Below are positions 8,548 to 19,098 of a stretch of DNA of 64,000 nucleotides, one piece after another. The translations under genes and the position numbers were made by a program. Positions within the stretch are counted from its first letter, which is position 1, and each line of letters opens with the position of its first letter. The notes under the pieces were generated by a model that was not told where the DNA came from, ran no database searches, and saw nothing but the letters and a program-made list of their open reading frames with translations. Source of the DNA: Candidatus Aminicenantales bacterium (GTDB taxonomy: Bacteria; Acidobacteriota; Aminicenantia; Aminicenantales; UBA4085); contig JBEKTZ010000003.1 of the NCBI GenBank assembly GCA_049515535.1, forward strand, positions 124,001 through 188,000, read 5' to 3'.

Positions 8548-11277
8548 ATGTTCAAAAAACGCCTCATGTGTTTCTTCGCCCTCATTTTTATCCTGATCTT
8601 CTCGGCCGGGACCGCGGCCGGCCAGGACAGTTTTAATGTCGATCTGCTGAGGAATTTCGCGTTCCGCAACCTCGGCCCATTCCGGGCCGGGTCGTGGGTG
8701 ACATCGTTCGCCGTCCCCGCCGCGCCTCTTAAGGAACATCTTTACACGTTCTACGTCGGGACGCGAAACGGCGGCGTGTGGAAGACCGTGAACAACGGCA
8801 CGACGTTCGAGCCTGTCTTCGACGGGCAGGCCAAACTTTCGATCGGCGCCGTGGCCGTTGCGCCGTCCGACGCGAAGGTCGTCTGGGTCGGAACGGGCGA
8901 GGCGTATTGCGCCCGGAGCTCGAACTCGGGGGACGGAATCTATAAATCCTCGAACGCGGGCAAGACATGGACGAACATGGGCCTCGAAGACTCCCATCAT
9001 ATCGCCCGGATCGCCATTCATCCCAGGAACCCGGATATCGTTTACGTCGCGGCGATGGGGCATCTCTTCTCGAACAACGCCGAGCGCGGCGTGTTCCGGA
9101 CGCGGGACGGCGGCCGGACCTGGGACAAAGCGCTTTATATCAGCGACAAGATCGGCGCCGTCGATCTCGTGATGGCCAATGCCGATCCCAACGTCCTCTA
9201 CGCGGCCATGTACGACAAGGTCCGCCTGCCCTGGCATTACGAGATGGGCGGGCCCGAGAGCGGGATCTACAAGACGGTCGATGGCGGGAAATCGTGGAAA
9301 AGGCTCGCCGGCGGGTTGCCGTCCGGCAAGGTAGGCCGCATCGGACTCGACGTCTTTCAAAAAAATCCCGATATCCTGTACGCGGTCGTCGAGAACGGAA
9401 ACCGCCGGCCGCCGACGCAGCAGGAACTTGATCAGGCCAAGAGGCGCGGGACCGAGCCGGGCGAGCAGACGGTCGGGAACGAAGTCTACCGCACGGACGA
9501 CGGAGGGAGGAGCTGGCGGAAGGTGAACGCGGGCTACGAAGCGGCCCTCAACAAGGCGCCCTATTCCTTCAACGAGCTCAAGATGGACCAGAACGACCCG
9601 AATACGGTTTACATAACGGGGCAGTCTCTCGCCAGCACCAACGACGGCGGGAAAACGTGGAACGGCCTGAGCTGGCCGTCGAATGGCGTTTTCCAGAAGG
9701 CGTTCGGCGACTGGCGCTGCCTTTGGATCGATCCTCAGAATTCCGACCGGCTGATCTTCGGCAGCGACGGCGGCGTGAACATATCCTACGACCGCGGCCG
9801 GACCTGTCACCACTTTTACAACATCCCTCTCGGAGAGTTTTACGCCGTCGGTGTGGACATGGAAGACCCCTACAATATCTACGGCGGATTGCAGGACCAT
9901 GACTCCTGGAAAGGGCCGTCGAACGCATGGGCCGGCGAGATCACGCTCACGGACTGGGTGACGGTCGGCAGCGGCGACGGCATGTACAACGGCGTCGATC
10001 CGACGGACAGCCGCTGGATCTATAACAACCGCGAGATGGGCACGATGTGGCGCCTCGATCAGAAGCTGGGCATCCAGACGCCGATCATGCCGCGGCGCGA
10101 GCCCGGGAAAGAGGCCCTGCGCTTCAACTGGACGCCGCCGATCATGCTTTCGCCGCATAATTCCGCGATCATCTATACGGGCGCCCAGGTGTTGTTCCGG
10201 TCACTCGACCGCGGCGATCACTGGACGGAAATCAGCCCCGACCTGACGTCGAACGAGAAGACGAAACAGGGCGGCGCGGGCAATATTTCGTATTGCACCA
10301 TCACCACGATCTCGGAATCGCCGGCCAGGCCGGGAATCATCTGGGTCGGCACGGACGACGGCAAGGTGCAGGTGACGACGGACGGCGGCGCGGCATGGAA
10401 AGACCGAACGGCGAAGCTCGCGGCCGCCGGAGGCCCGGATAACTTCTGGGTCAGCCGCGTGCTGGCCTCGCCCCACGATTCGGGCACGGCCTTCGTGGCC
10501 AAAACGGGGCTCCGCCTCGACGATTTCCGGGCCTGTCTTTATAAGACCACGGATTACGGCGAGACATGGACGGCCCTGGGCGCCGGCCTGCCCGAGAAGC
10601 CGGTCAACGTCGTCGTCCAGGACCGTAAAAACGCGAACCTTCTCTTCGTCGGGACCGAGCAGGGCGTCTATGTCTCGATCGACGGCGGCGGGAAATGGAT
10701 TCCGTTCAAGAACAACATGCCCTCGGTGAAGGTCACGGACCTGGTCGTTCATCCGCGCGAAAACGATTTGATCGTGGCTTCCTACGGCCGCGGCCTCTGG
10801 ATCACGAACATCACGCCCCTCCAGGAACTGAAGGCGAACGTCCTCGAGCAGGACGTCTATTTATTCGAGATCAAGCCGCAAGTCCAGCGGATCGCGGGCG
10901 TCGGCGGCAGCAATTACCAGCTCCTGGGCGACAGCCATCTGATGACGCCCAACGAGCCCAACGCCGTCGTCATCAACTATTATTTGAAGGAGAAGACCGC
11001 CGGCAAGGTGAATATCCGGGTGACCGATCCTTATGGAAAGCTCCTGCGGGAGCTGACCGGGAAAGGCGAAGCGGGGATGAACTCCGTGTCATGGGACATG
11101 CGCCTGCCGAGAACCCAGGGACAAACCCCGGGATTCGGCGGTTTTGGCGGCGGGATGGTGGATCCGGGCGAATACGTCGTGACGCTCGAACTCGGGGACA
11201 AGAAATTCACGAAAAAAGCCGTGATCCCGAAACGCATGGGTTGGGCCATCGGGCCGTTCCCAAGCGTCATCAAATAG
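8548..11277 (+). CDS. Secreted BNR/VPS10-like beta-propeller protein
   Basis: Signal peptide, many (S/T)xDGGxTW Asp-box repeats and an Ig-like C-terminus (PGEYVVTL). Confidence 0.85.
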   Translation: MFKKRLMCFFALIFILIFSAGTAAGQDSFNVDLLRNFAFRNLGPFRAGSWVTSFAVPAAPLKEHLYTFYVGTRNGGVWKTVNNGTTFEPVFDGQAKLSIGAVAVAPSDAKVVWVGTGEAYCARSSNSGDGIYKSSNAGKTWTNMGLEDSHHIARIAIHPRNPDIVYVAAMGHLFSNNAERGVFRTRDGGRTWDKALYISDKIGAVDLVMANADPNVLYAAMYDKVRLPWHYEMGGPESGIYKTVDGGKSWKRLAGGLPSGKVGRIGLDVFQKNPDILYAVVENGNRRPPTQQELDQAKRRGTEPGEQTVGNEVYRTDDGGRSWRKVNAGYEAALNKAPYSFNELKMDQNDPNTVYITGQSLASTNDGGKTWNGLSWPSNGVFQKAFGDWRCLWIDPQNSDRLIFGSDGGVNISYDRGRTCHHFYNIPLGEFYAVGVDMEDPYNIYGGLQDHDSWKGPSNAWAGEITLTDWVTVGSGDGMYNGVDPTDSRWIYNNREMGTMWRLDQKLGIQTPIMPRREPGKEALRFNWTPPIMLSPHNSAIIYTGAQVLFRSLDRGDHWTEISPDLTSNEKTKQGGAGNISYCTITTISESPARPGIIWVGTDDGKVQVTTDGGAAWKDRTAKLAAAGGPDNFWVSRVLASPHDSGTAFVAKTGLRLDDFRACLYKTTDYGETWTALGAGLPEKPVNVVVQDRKNANLLFVGTEQGVYVSIDGGGKWIPFKNNMPSVKVTDLVVHPRENDLIVASYGRGLWITNITPLQELKANVLEQDVYLFEIKPQVQRIAGVGGSNYQLLGDSHLMTPNEPNAVVINYYLKEKTAGKVNIRVTDPYGKLLRELTGKGEAGMNSVSWDMRLPRTQGQTPGFGGFGGGMVDPGEYVVTLELGDKKFTKKAVIPKRMGWAIGPFPSVIK

Positions 11278-11314
11278 CCCTTTTCCCGACGGGGGGACGC
11301 CGTCCCCGGTTCTC

Positions 11315-11419
11315 GACGGCGGCCGGGGCCCCGGGCTTTACCCGGGGGTCCACTTCCGCCGTACTCGCCCGTGGATATAAGCCACGGGCGAGTGGCGAGC
11401 CGAAGACTCGTCCCTTGAT
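11315..11419 (-). repeat. Family A palindromic element, long form (105 nt), intergenic
   Basis: Near-identical to 18994-19098 and 27503-27607. Lies between convergent genes. Confidence 0.95.
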
Positions 11420-11446
11420 GATATTTTTTCGCTTAAGCGGATTCGA

Positions 11447-12643
11447 TCAAATCAGCCCGAATTCCTTCCCGACTTTCCTGAAGGCCTCCAGAATCTTGTC
11501 CATGTGCTCCTGCTTGTAGGTCCCGATGAGACTGAGCCTGATCAGCTGCATGCCCTGAGGGACACCCGGCGAGATGACGGCGTTGGCGAATACGCCCTCG
11601 TCCATGAGCCTCCTCCAGAAACGGAAGGTCCCCATGTCGTCTCCGATGATGACGGGCAGGATGGGCGTGATGCTCTCGATGAGCTTGAATCCCTGGCTCT
11701 TCAGGCCGTCGCGCATCTCCATGGAGATCTTGCGCAGCCGTTCAACCCTTTCCGGCTCCCGCCGGATGATCCGCAGGGAGGCGCGCACGGCGCCCACGCT
11801 GCCGGGAGCCATGCTGGCGCTGAAACGGAAGGCCTGGGAATTGTATTTGATGTAATCGACGACTTGTCTTTCTCCGGCGACGAAACCGCCCAGGGAGGCG
11901 AAGGACTTGCTGAACGTCCCCATCGTCAGATCGATGTCTTTGTTGTTTTTCAGACCGAAGTGGCTGCACGTCCCGCGGCCGCCTTCTCCGAGCACGCCCG
12001 CGGAGTGCGCTTCGTCGAGCATCACCCGGGCTCCATAGGCCTTGGCCAGACGCGTGAGCTCGGGAAGGTTGACGATCCGGCCGGACATGCTGAAGACGCC
12101 GTCGCTGACGATGAACTTCGGCGCGCCCTCGGGCGCTTTTTTCAGCATCGCCTCCAGGGCGGACATGTCATTCGTCGTATACCTGAGAACGTGGCCGCCC
12201 CGGGCTCTGACGATCCAAGCCCCGGCCACGATGCTGGCGTGATTATCGTCGTCGGAAAGCAGGTATTCGCCGCGCTCGACGAGCGTGGCGATGACGCCCT
12301 GGTTCGTCAGAAAACCAGTTGTGAAGGCGAGGCAGGCCTCGACGCCGAGGAAATCCGCCAACTCTTCTTCCAGTTTCGTGTGGAGGATCGACGTGCCGTT
12401 CAGGAACCTCGAGCCGGAACAGCTCGACCCGAACGCTTTGGTAGCGGCGACGGCGGCTTCGATCACTTCGGGGTGCTGGGACAGCCCCAGGTAATCGTTG
12501 CTGCCGGCCATGATGATGTCCTTCCCCCCCATTTTCACGACCGGTCCGTGATTTTCCTCGATGATCTGAAAATAGGGGAGGAGTCCGGCTTTGATGACTT
12601 CCTGCGGTCTCGAGAACTTATAACATTTGTCGAATAGATCCAT
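11447..12643 (-). CDS. PLP-dependent alpha-oxoamine synthase (serine palmitoyltransferase / AONS family)
   Basis: SNDYLGL, GSRFLNGT, DGVFSMSG, DEAH and GTFSKSFASLGG motifs. Confidence 0.85.
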   Translation of the reverse strand: MDLFDKCYKFSRPQEVIKAGLLPYFQIIEENHGPVVKMGGKDIIMAGSNDYLGLSQHPEVIEAAVAATKAFGSSCSGSRFLNGTSILHTKLEEELADFLGVEACLAFTTGFLTNQGVIATLVERGEYLLSDDDNHASIVAGAWIVRARGGHVLRYTTNDMSALEAMLKKAPEGAPKFIVSDGVFSMSGRIVNLPELTRLAKAYGARVMLDEAHSAGVLGEGGRGTCSHFGLKNNKDIDLTMGTFSKSFASLGGFVAGERQVVDYIKYNSQAFRFSASMAPGSVGAVRASLRIIRREPERVERLRKISMEMRDGLKSQGFKLIESITPILPVIIGDDMGTFRFWRRLMDEGVFANAVISPGVPQGMQLIRLSLIGTYKQEHMDKILEAFRKVGKEFGLI

Positions 12644-12663
12644 GGTTTTTTCCTCCTATAGAA

Positions 12664-13296
12664 TTATGCGGCCTTGCTCTTCTGGCCGATCAAGATGATT
12701 TCGAAGCCGGTGCCGATCAGGCGGTCGAGGTCCCCGTCCTTGATCTGTCGCGACTCGACCAATTGGATGATCCCGTTGATCATTCCCCATAAGACCAGGC
12801 TGATTTGGGCGGTCGGCCGGCGGCCCGCGGCGATCTCCCCGGCTTTCAGGCCTTCTTTGACCACGTTTTGCACCTCGAGGAGACAGGCGATCTTCCGGAC
12901 CGTGATTTCCTTCAACAAGGCGTCCGGGATGCGATAGCGGTCGCCGACCATATCGATGAAGAACAGGAGCTTGAAATATTCGCGGTTCTCCCGGTAGAAC
13001 CGGATATAAGCCTTGGCCGAATTTCTCAGCCTCTCCGAAGTGTCGCGGCCCGTCTTGGCGGCCTCCTTGAGATAGGACAGGAGAATGCTCAGGTGCTCGA
13101 GGAGAATCCAGGCGTAGATTTCTTCCTTGCTTCCGAAGTGGTTGTAGATGGTTCCCTTGCTGAACTCGATGGCCGAGGCGATATCGTCGAGCGTGACTCC
13201 GGCGAAGCTTTTCTTGATGAACAGATCTTTCGCCGCGGCGAGAATGAGCTTCCGTCGTGTCTCGATCTCCCTCTCTTTCCGCTCCCTGGTGCCCAT
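12664..13296 (-). CDS. TetR/AcrR family regulator
   Basis: N-terminal HTH (TLDDIA...SKGTIYNHFGSKEEI). Confidence 0.9.
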   Translation of the reverse strand: MGTRERKEREIETRRKLILAAAKDLFIKKSFAGVTLDDIASAIEFSKGTIYNHFGSKEEIYAWILLEHLSILLSYLKEAAKTGRDTSERLRNSAKAYIRFYRENREYFKLLFFIDMVGDRYRIPDALLKEITVRKIACLLEVQNVVKEGLKAGEIAAGRRPTAQISLVLWGMINGIIQLVESRQIKDGDLDRLIGTGFEIILIGQKSKAA

Positions 13297-13299
13297 AAG

Positions 13300-13330
13300 T
13301 GACTCCTGGTAAGTAAATGACTATCAGTCA
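13300..13330. promoter_or_regulatory. Candidate TetR operator(s)
   Basis: Palindrome TGACT-ATC-AGTCA at 13318-13330 and an imperfect copy TGACTCCTGGTAA at 13300-13312, between the promoter and the start codon. Confidence 0.6.
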
Positions 13331-13337
13331 AAAATAA

Positions 13338-13366
13338 ATTATAAGTCAATAATAGGCTTGTGTCAA
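13338..13366 (-). promoter_or_regulatory. Consensus sigma70 promoter for the tetR and SPT-like genes
   Basis: Minus strand TTGACA-17 nt-TATAAT. Confidence 0.8.
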
Positions 13367-13535
13367 GGCGCCGCCTTGCCCTGTCGCATGTTCATCGAGC
13401 AGAAAGACCCCCATTCCTCCGAGGAAGAACACAAGGCGGGAATCGTCAAGCGCGTGGCCGTTCTCAAGAAAAGATGAAAAGCCGGCCGGTTTTCCGGCGG
13501 ATCTCGAACAGAGGCGCGGCGCTTGCGGGCCGCAA

Positions 13536-15707
13536 TTAAAACGCGAATCCTTTCTTCCGGAAAAGTTTGAGGCAAGCATCGACCACGCTCTCGTCATAGA
13601 GGACGCCTCTGTTCTTGGCGATTTCTTCGAGGGCCTTGTCGATGCCCGGAGACAGCCGGTAGGGACGATGAGAGGACATCGCTTCGACGACATCCGAAAC
13701 GGCCAGACATTTGGCTTCGATGCAGATCGCTTCTCCTTTAAGGCCGTCGGGATATCCCGATCCGTTGATCCTTTCATGGTGTTGCCGTATCATTTCGGCG
13801 ACGACGGGGGAGAAATCGATCTTTTTTATGATTTCGTAGCCGACTTGCGGATGTGTTTTAATCATACTGAATTCGATTTCGGATAACTTCCCGGGCTTGG
13901 ACAGGATTTCCGACGGAACGTAGATTTTGCCAAGATCATGAAGCATGCCGCCGATGTTGATGTCTTCGATGATTTCCGGCGGAAGGCAAATCTCCTCGGC
14001 GATGGCGCAGGCGAGTTTGGCGACCCTCTTCTGATGGCCCGCGGTGTAAGGGTCCCTTTGTTCGATGATGGCGGCCATGGCCTCGACCGTCGAGAGGAGC
14101 ATTTTCTCGATTTTTTCGAAGCTCTTTCTCAGGCGTTCTTCGGCTTCTCGCCTTTCCGTGACGTCCCGGCTGTAACCCAAGACTCCGTAAATGTCTCCGT
14201 TGGTTGCGCGCAACGGCATTTTGATCGTATCAAAAACACGGACGGACCCGTCGCTCATGGCCGTTATGTTATTGGGATCATGAAAGATACCCCCGGCGCG
14301 GACATCGTCGTCCTCGGCGTGATATCCCCGGATTCCCAGGCTCGCGTTGCCGAGGCATAAATCCTCGGACAAGAATTCCGTATCTGCCCGGCCGATCATG
14401 TCCTGGGGCACAAGATATTGGGACTTGGCGAAGCTCTTATTGACGAGAGTATAACGATAGCTCTGGTCTTTGACGAATATCCAATCCGGCGTCGCGTCCA
14501 CGACGGTCTGGAGAAGCTTCTTGGATTTCATGACGGCATCTTCCGTACGCTTGCGTTCGGTGATGTCGATGACAATTCCTCGGAGCCCGATTGACCGGCC
14601 GTCCTTCATAAAGGGACGCGAGGTGATCAAGGCGGCGAACGTGCTGCCGTCTTTGCGACGAGCCGTGTATTCTCCGGACGAAATAACGCCGGTGGTCAGG
14701 ATTTGCCGGAGGTTCTCTCCGCTCCGCTGCCAATCCTCTTCGGCCAGGAGTTGGGTAAAGCCGATGCCGGATTGAACATCCATTTCGGAATATCCGAATC
14801 CATCGATAGCCGTCTTGTTCGCGAATTTGATCTGTCCCTTCAAGTCCGTCTCGAAAACGCACAAGGGCAGCTCGTTCACCAATTCCCGGTACTTCAGCTC
14901 GCTCTGGAGGAGCGCCTCTTCCGCGAGCTTGCGTTCGGTGATGTCGGTGAACGTTGTATAGACTTCGAACGGCGCGGACTCGCCGGGGCGGAATTGCGGA
15001 ACGGCATTGACCACGATCCAGCGATAACGCTCTTCCCGGGGACGAAAAACGCCCATCATCGCCTCGAATACCGGCCGTCCGGTGCGCAAGGCTATCATCG
15101 CGGGGTGATCCTCTCCCGGGAAAAATGAGCCGTCTTCATGGATGGCCTGCCAACGCGGATCCATCGATGTTCTGCCGAGCATCTGGTCAAGCGATAGGCC
15201 AAGGATCCGTTCAGCGGCGGGATTCGCGGTAATGATCCGTCCGGAGGCATCTTGATAGACGACGCCTTGGGCCATCGTCTCGAACAATGAGTGGAACCTG
15301 GATTCCGCTTCTTTCTTTGTGCGCCTCAAAAAGGTTTCGCGCAGTTCCCGCTCGATGGCCGGAACCAGGCGCGCTTTGTTGTCCTTCATGACATAGTCAT
15401 GCGCCCCGCGGACCATCACCTCCGCCGCGATGTCTTCGCCTATGACGCCGGATAAAAGAATGAAAGGAATATCCAGTCCGGAAGCTCTATAGATCTCCAG
15501 CGCTTCCATTCCGTTGAAGCCGGGCATGGAATAATCGGAGATGATGATGTCCCAAGTTTCTTCTTTGAGGCTCAGGCGCACGGCCGGCGCCGTATCCACT
15601 CGCCTCACATACGGTTCGTATCCTCCGCGCTTCAGCTCCAGTTCCAGGAGCTCGATATCCTCCCGGGAATCTTCTATCGCCAGCACGCGCAAGGAAGTCG
15701 CCATCAT
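13536..15707 (-). CDS. Response regulator with PAS domains and an HD-GYP phosphodiesterase domain
   Basis: REC domain (IEDS, SDYSMP), three PAS/PAC domains, RDPYTAGH, LHDLGK and HHERINGSGYP. Confidence 0.92.
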   Translation of the reverse strand: MMATSLRVLAIEDSREDIELLELELKRGGYEPYVRRVDTAPAVRLSLKEETWDIIISDYSMPGFNGMEALEIYRASGLDIPFILLSGVIGEDIAAEVMVRGAHDYVMKDNKARLVPAIERELRETFLRRTKKEAESRFHSLFETMAQGVVYQDASGRIITANPAAERILGLSLDQMLGRTSMDPRWQAIHEDGSFFPGEDHPAMIALRTGRPVFEAMMGVFRPREERYRWIVVNAVPQFRPGESAPFEVYTTFTDITERKLAEEALLQSELKYRELVNELPLCVFETDLKGQIKFANKTAIDGFGYSEMDVQSGIGFTQLLAEEDWQRSGENLRQILTTGVISSGEYTARRKDGSTFAALITSRPFMKDGRSIGLRGIVIDITERKRTEDAVMKSKKLLQTVVDATPDWIFVKDQSYRYTLVNKSFAKSQYLVPQDMIGRADTEFLSEDLCLGNASLGIRGYHAEDDDVRAGGIFHDPNNITAMSDGSVRVFDTIKMPLRATNGDIYGVLGYSRDVTERREAEERLRKSFEKIEKMLLSTVEAMAAIIEQRDPYTAGHQKRVAKLACAIAEEICLPPEIIEDINIGGMLHDLGKIYVPSEILSKPGKLSEIEFSMIKTHPQVGYEIIKKIDFSPVVAEMIRQHHERINGSGYPDGLKGEAICIEAKCLAVSDVVEAMSSHRPYRLSPGIDKALEEIAKNRGVLYDESVVDACLKLFRKKGFAF

Positions 15708-15728
15708 CTTCCCCTTATCCGATAAGAG

Positions 15729-18026
15729 TCATATTCGGCCATTGCCCCTCCTCCTTTTCGGCGACTCCATGACCGGGGTCAATGTGAAATAAAACGCGGC
15801 GCCTCGTTCGACGGCTCCTTCGGCCCATACACTGCCGCCGTGACGGCGGATGATCCGCTGAACCATGGCCAGGCCGACGCCGGTCCCCTCGAACTCTTCG
15901 AAGCGATGGAGCCGTTGGAATACGCCGAAGAGCTTGCCGGCGAAAGCATTGTCGAAGCCGGCGCCGTCGTCGCGGACGAAATAAACCGGCTGCCCGTCCC
16001 GTTCGCGAACGCCGAACTCAATGCGGGCGGAAGGATGCTTGGACGTGAACTTCCAGGCGTTCTCCAAAAGGTTTCTCAGTGCGACTTCGAGCAAACGGGC
16101 GTCGCCGTCGGCCGTCATGCCCGGCGCGATGATCCAGTCCACCGCGCGATCCGGCCGGGATTCCTTCAGTTCGGCCGCTATCTTTTCGACCAATCGGCTG
16201 AGATTCACATCGGCGAAGATCATTTCGCTGCGCGTCAGCCGCGAAAGCTTGAGCAGGTCCTCGATTTCCAGGCCCATTTGCCCGGTGGCGGAGCGCACCC
16301 GGTCCAGGTAATGACGGCCGCGCTCGTCGAGCCGGCCGCCGTATTCTTCGAGCAGAGCAAGGCTGAAACCGTCGATGCTGCGCAGCGGCGCTCGCAGGTC
16401 GTGGGAGACCGAATAGACGAAGGCTTCGAGCTCCTTGTTTGAGGATTCCAATTGGATGGTCCGTTCCCTGACGCGGCGCTCGAGCTCGGCGTTGAGCCGA
16501 CGGATCTCGTCTTCAGCCTGCCGGCGCTCGGTGATGTCCTCGCCGGAACTCAAGCTGGCATAGATACGGCCCGATTCATCGGTGAGGATCTTATTATGCC
16601 AGGCGATAAGTCTCTCGTCTCCGGCCCGGGTCAGGACGGTGTTTTCATGATATTCCACGGGAGCGATTTCACCGGCCATCAAGCGGCTAAAAACTTTTTT
16701 GACTTCTTCCCGGCTCGCAGGCGGAAGGAAATGGTTGAACCAGTTGCGGCCGACGATTTCCCCCTCCGGATATCCCAGGACCTCACAGCCGTTTTTATTG
16801 ATGAGAGAGATGGTCTGGTCGGTATTGATGACGATCATGATCACCCCGGCCATATCAAGATAGGTCCTGGCCCGGTCCCGCTCCTGCCGGACCATCTCAT
16901 CCATCCGGAGGCGCTCAGTGATATCGCGAATGAAGGTGCACATCACCTTTCGGTCTTTTAAGCGGAAATCGCAAACGGAGATCTCCACGGGCACGATGGT
17001 CCCGTCCCTTTTTCTGTGATAGCGAAGCGGGATCCTGAAGGATTTCCCGCCCTCGGCTTTTTTAACGGCGGCCAGGGATTTTTCCGGCTCCGCGCTGATG
17101 TCCGGCAGTGTCAGCTTGAGGAACTCTTCCCGCGCATAGCCGTAGAGGCGGAGGGCGCTGTCGTTCGCGTCGATCATGCGCAAGGTATCGACGTCCATGA
17201 CGAAAATGGCATCCGATATCGTCGAAAAAAGCTGCCGGTACTTCTCCTCGCTCTCTTGGACCCCCTTCTCCGCCATCTTACGCTCCGTGATGTCTGTACA
17301 GGTGCCGAGGATGGCCTCGATCCTCTCCCCGTTTTTGCGAACAATGGCGTATTCGAATGGAAGAGCCTCTTTCCCCTTCAAATGATCGCCGAAATTCCTT
17401 TTCAATATGTCCTTGAATTCCGGCGCGATGAGGACGAGAAAATCGAATTCGGGCGAGTAAAGCTCCTCTCTTTGATATCCCAGAATCTCTTCACATTTGG
17501 CATTGGCATAAACGACTCGGCCTTTCTTGTTGATGAAGATTATGTTTGGGGATTGCTCCGCGAGATTCCGGAATTTCTCCTCGCTTTGGCGCAGCCCCTT
17601 TTCCGCGTTTTTCCGTTCCGTGATGTCGCTGGCGCTGATCATGATGCCCGCCGTCCTCCCGTTCTCGTGAAGGGGGGTGGAGCCTTCGGCCACGCACAAA
17701 TATCGGATCTCCCCGGCTTTCGTTTTCGCTTGAACTTCCAATTCCGGGTGAGGGCGGCCGAGGAATTCCTGAGCGATCGCGGAGAGCGCTCTTCGAATGC
17801 TGCCTTTCGTCAAGAAAGAAGCGATGGATCTTCCGATCATTTCCCGTTGGGTGTAGCCGAAGATGTCCGACGTCCTTTTGTTGGCAAAAGCGATTTTTCC
17901 TCTTTTGTTGAGGATGAGAATAATGTCTTTCGAATGGTCGACGAGGTAGCGATATCTTTGTTCGCTTTCCGAGGCCCGTTGTTCGGCCGGCACGGCCAGG
18001 ACTTCGCTCGGTTTCGACGCAGCCAT
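15729..18026 (-). CDS. Multi-PAS sensor histidine kinase
   Basis: Four PAS domains, H box SHDLRAPL, N box NAWKFT, DDGAGF and GTGVGL. Confidence 0.92.
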   Translation of the reverse strand: MAASKPSEVLAVPAEQRASESEQRYRYLVDHSKDIILILNKRGKIAFANKRTSDIFGYTQREMIGRSIASFLTKGSIRRALSAIAQEFLGRPHPELEVQAKTKAGEIRYLCVAEGSTPLHENGRTAGIMISASDITERKNAEKGLRQSEEKFRNLAEQSPNIIFINKKGRVVYANAKCEEILGYQREELYSPEFDFLVLIAPEFKDILKRNFGDHLKGKEALPFEYAIVRKNGERIEAILGTCTDITERKMAEKGVQESEEKYRQLFSTISDAIFVMDVDTLRMIDANDSALRLYGYAREEFLKLTLPDISAEPEKSLAAVKKAEGGKSFRIPLRYHRKRDGTIVPVEISVCDFRLKDRKVMCTFIRDITERLRMDEMVRQERDRARTYLDMAGVIMIVINTDQTISLINKNGCEVLGYPEGEIVGRNWFNHFLPPASREEVKKVFSRLMAGEIAPVEYHENTVLTRAGDERLIAWHNKILTDESGRIYASLSSGEDITERRQAEDEIRRLNAELERRVRERTIQLESSNKELEAFVYSVSHDLRAPLRSIDGFSLALLEEYGGRLDERGRHYLDRVRSATGQMGLEIEDLLKLSRLTRSEMIFADVNLSRLVEKIAAELKESRPDRAVDWIIAPGMTADGDARLLEVALRNLLENAWKFTSKHPSARIEFGVRERDGQPVYFVRDDGAGFDNAFAGKLFGVFQRLHRFEEFEGTGVGLAMVQRIIRRHGGSVWAEGAVERGAAFYFTLTPVMESPKRRRGNGRI

Positions 18027-18199
18027 TATGTCTTCCTTTCCCGGACGGTCGGCGTTTAGATGCCGTCTCCTGCCGGGTCTTCCGGATAGGGATATCTTGT
18101 CTTAAGGGCGCGCGGCTGTTAATCGCTTCCGAGAATGAACCGGGGGGTGATTTTTCGGGCGTTCTTATAACCCCTAGAGGGGATGCCCGAACGGCGAGA

Positions 18200-18328
18200 G
18201 TCAATTTGGAGGGGGAACCCGCTTCGCGTTTCCCCCTTCCAACGGGCACACCGTTTTGTACTCTAGGGTACAAAACGGCGTCGCCCTGCCTCCCTTTCTC
18301 GGGCGGGGCATGAAACCCCGCCCTGCGA
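18200..18328 (-). repeat. Family B modular structured repeat, copy 1
   Basis: About 100 nt near-identical to the reverse complement of 48693-48794. First hairpin resembles the one in the 44827-45010 copy. Confidence 0.9.
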
Positions 18329-18394
18329 TGGCGGACGCGGCCGCCCGGCTTGTTTTTAGGGCGTCCTTGGGACGCTCTCCGCACCGACCAAAGG

Positions 18395-18964
18395 CTATCT
18401 CACGAGGCCGACGGCGATAAGCTCCTTGGGCGTGATGATGAAAGAATCCAATTTGATCTCGCTCTTCGGCGTGAACTGGATCACCGCATCCTGATAAATT
18501 TTTCCATTTCCATTGAATTCTTTGTCCAGGAACAATTCCACGACAAGGAAGCGATCCGGGCCGAATCTTCTTTGATTCGCTCCCGGCTCCACGGTCTGGC
18601 TTTCGGCGAGGAGCTGGATCTTGAGACCTTTCTCGTTCGGTATCTCCATGGCGCCATGGAGTGGAATGTTCAAGCCCATCCCTCCGAAAAAGCGGATTTC
18701 CCCTTTTTTCATGGATCGGAAGGCCGTCAGAAAACCGCTCTGGTTTCCATCGACCAGAAACTGCTGCAGCGTCCGGACTTCGTCTTCCGTCGTATAATTT
18801 TCGATGATGATCCTGACGTTGACGGCTTGCGGCGTATTGACTCCGCCCGAGCCCGTTAAGAGCCGCCCCCGGAATTCCACCTTGGCCCACAGAGATGAGC
18901 CGAAAACCAGGCAGCCCGCGATGAAGACGATGACAGCGATATTCCGGCCGGTGAGCTTTTTCAT
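18395..18964 (-). CDS. Hypothetical secreted protein
   Basis: RBS aaggaggga and a signal peptide ending LWA. No recognised domain. Confidence 0.7.
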   Translation of the reverse strand: MKKLTGRNIAVIVFIAGCLVFGSSLWAKVEFRGRLLTGSGGVNTPQAVNVRIIIENYTTEDEVRTLQQFLVDGNQSGFLTAFRSMKKGEIRFFGGMGLNIPLHGAMEIPNEKGLKIQLLAESQTVEPGANQRRFGPDRFLVVELFLDKEFNGNGKIYQDAVIQFTPKSEIKLDSFIITPKELIAVGLVR

Positions 18965-18993
18965 CCGTCCCTCCTTATGGAAAATTCATGGTC

Positions 18994-19098
18994 CACGGCG
19001 GACGGGGCCCCGGGCTTTGCCCGGGGGTCCACTTCCGCCGTACTCGCCCGTGGATATAAGCCACGGGCGAGTGGCGAGCCGAAGGCTCGTCCCTTGAT
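18994..19098 (-). repeat. Family A palindromic element, long form (105 nt), intergenic
   Basis: Near-identical to the other long copies. Lies between divergent genes. Confidence 0.95.
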
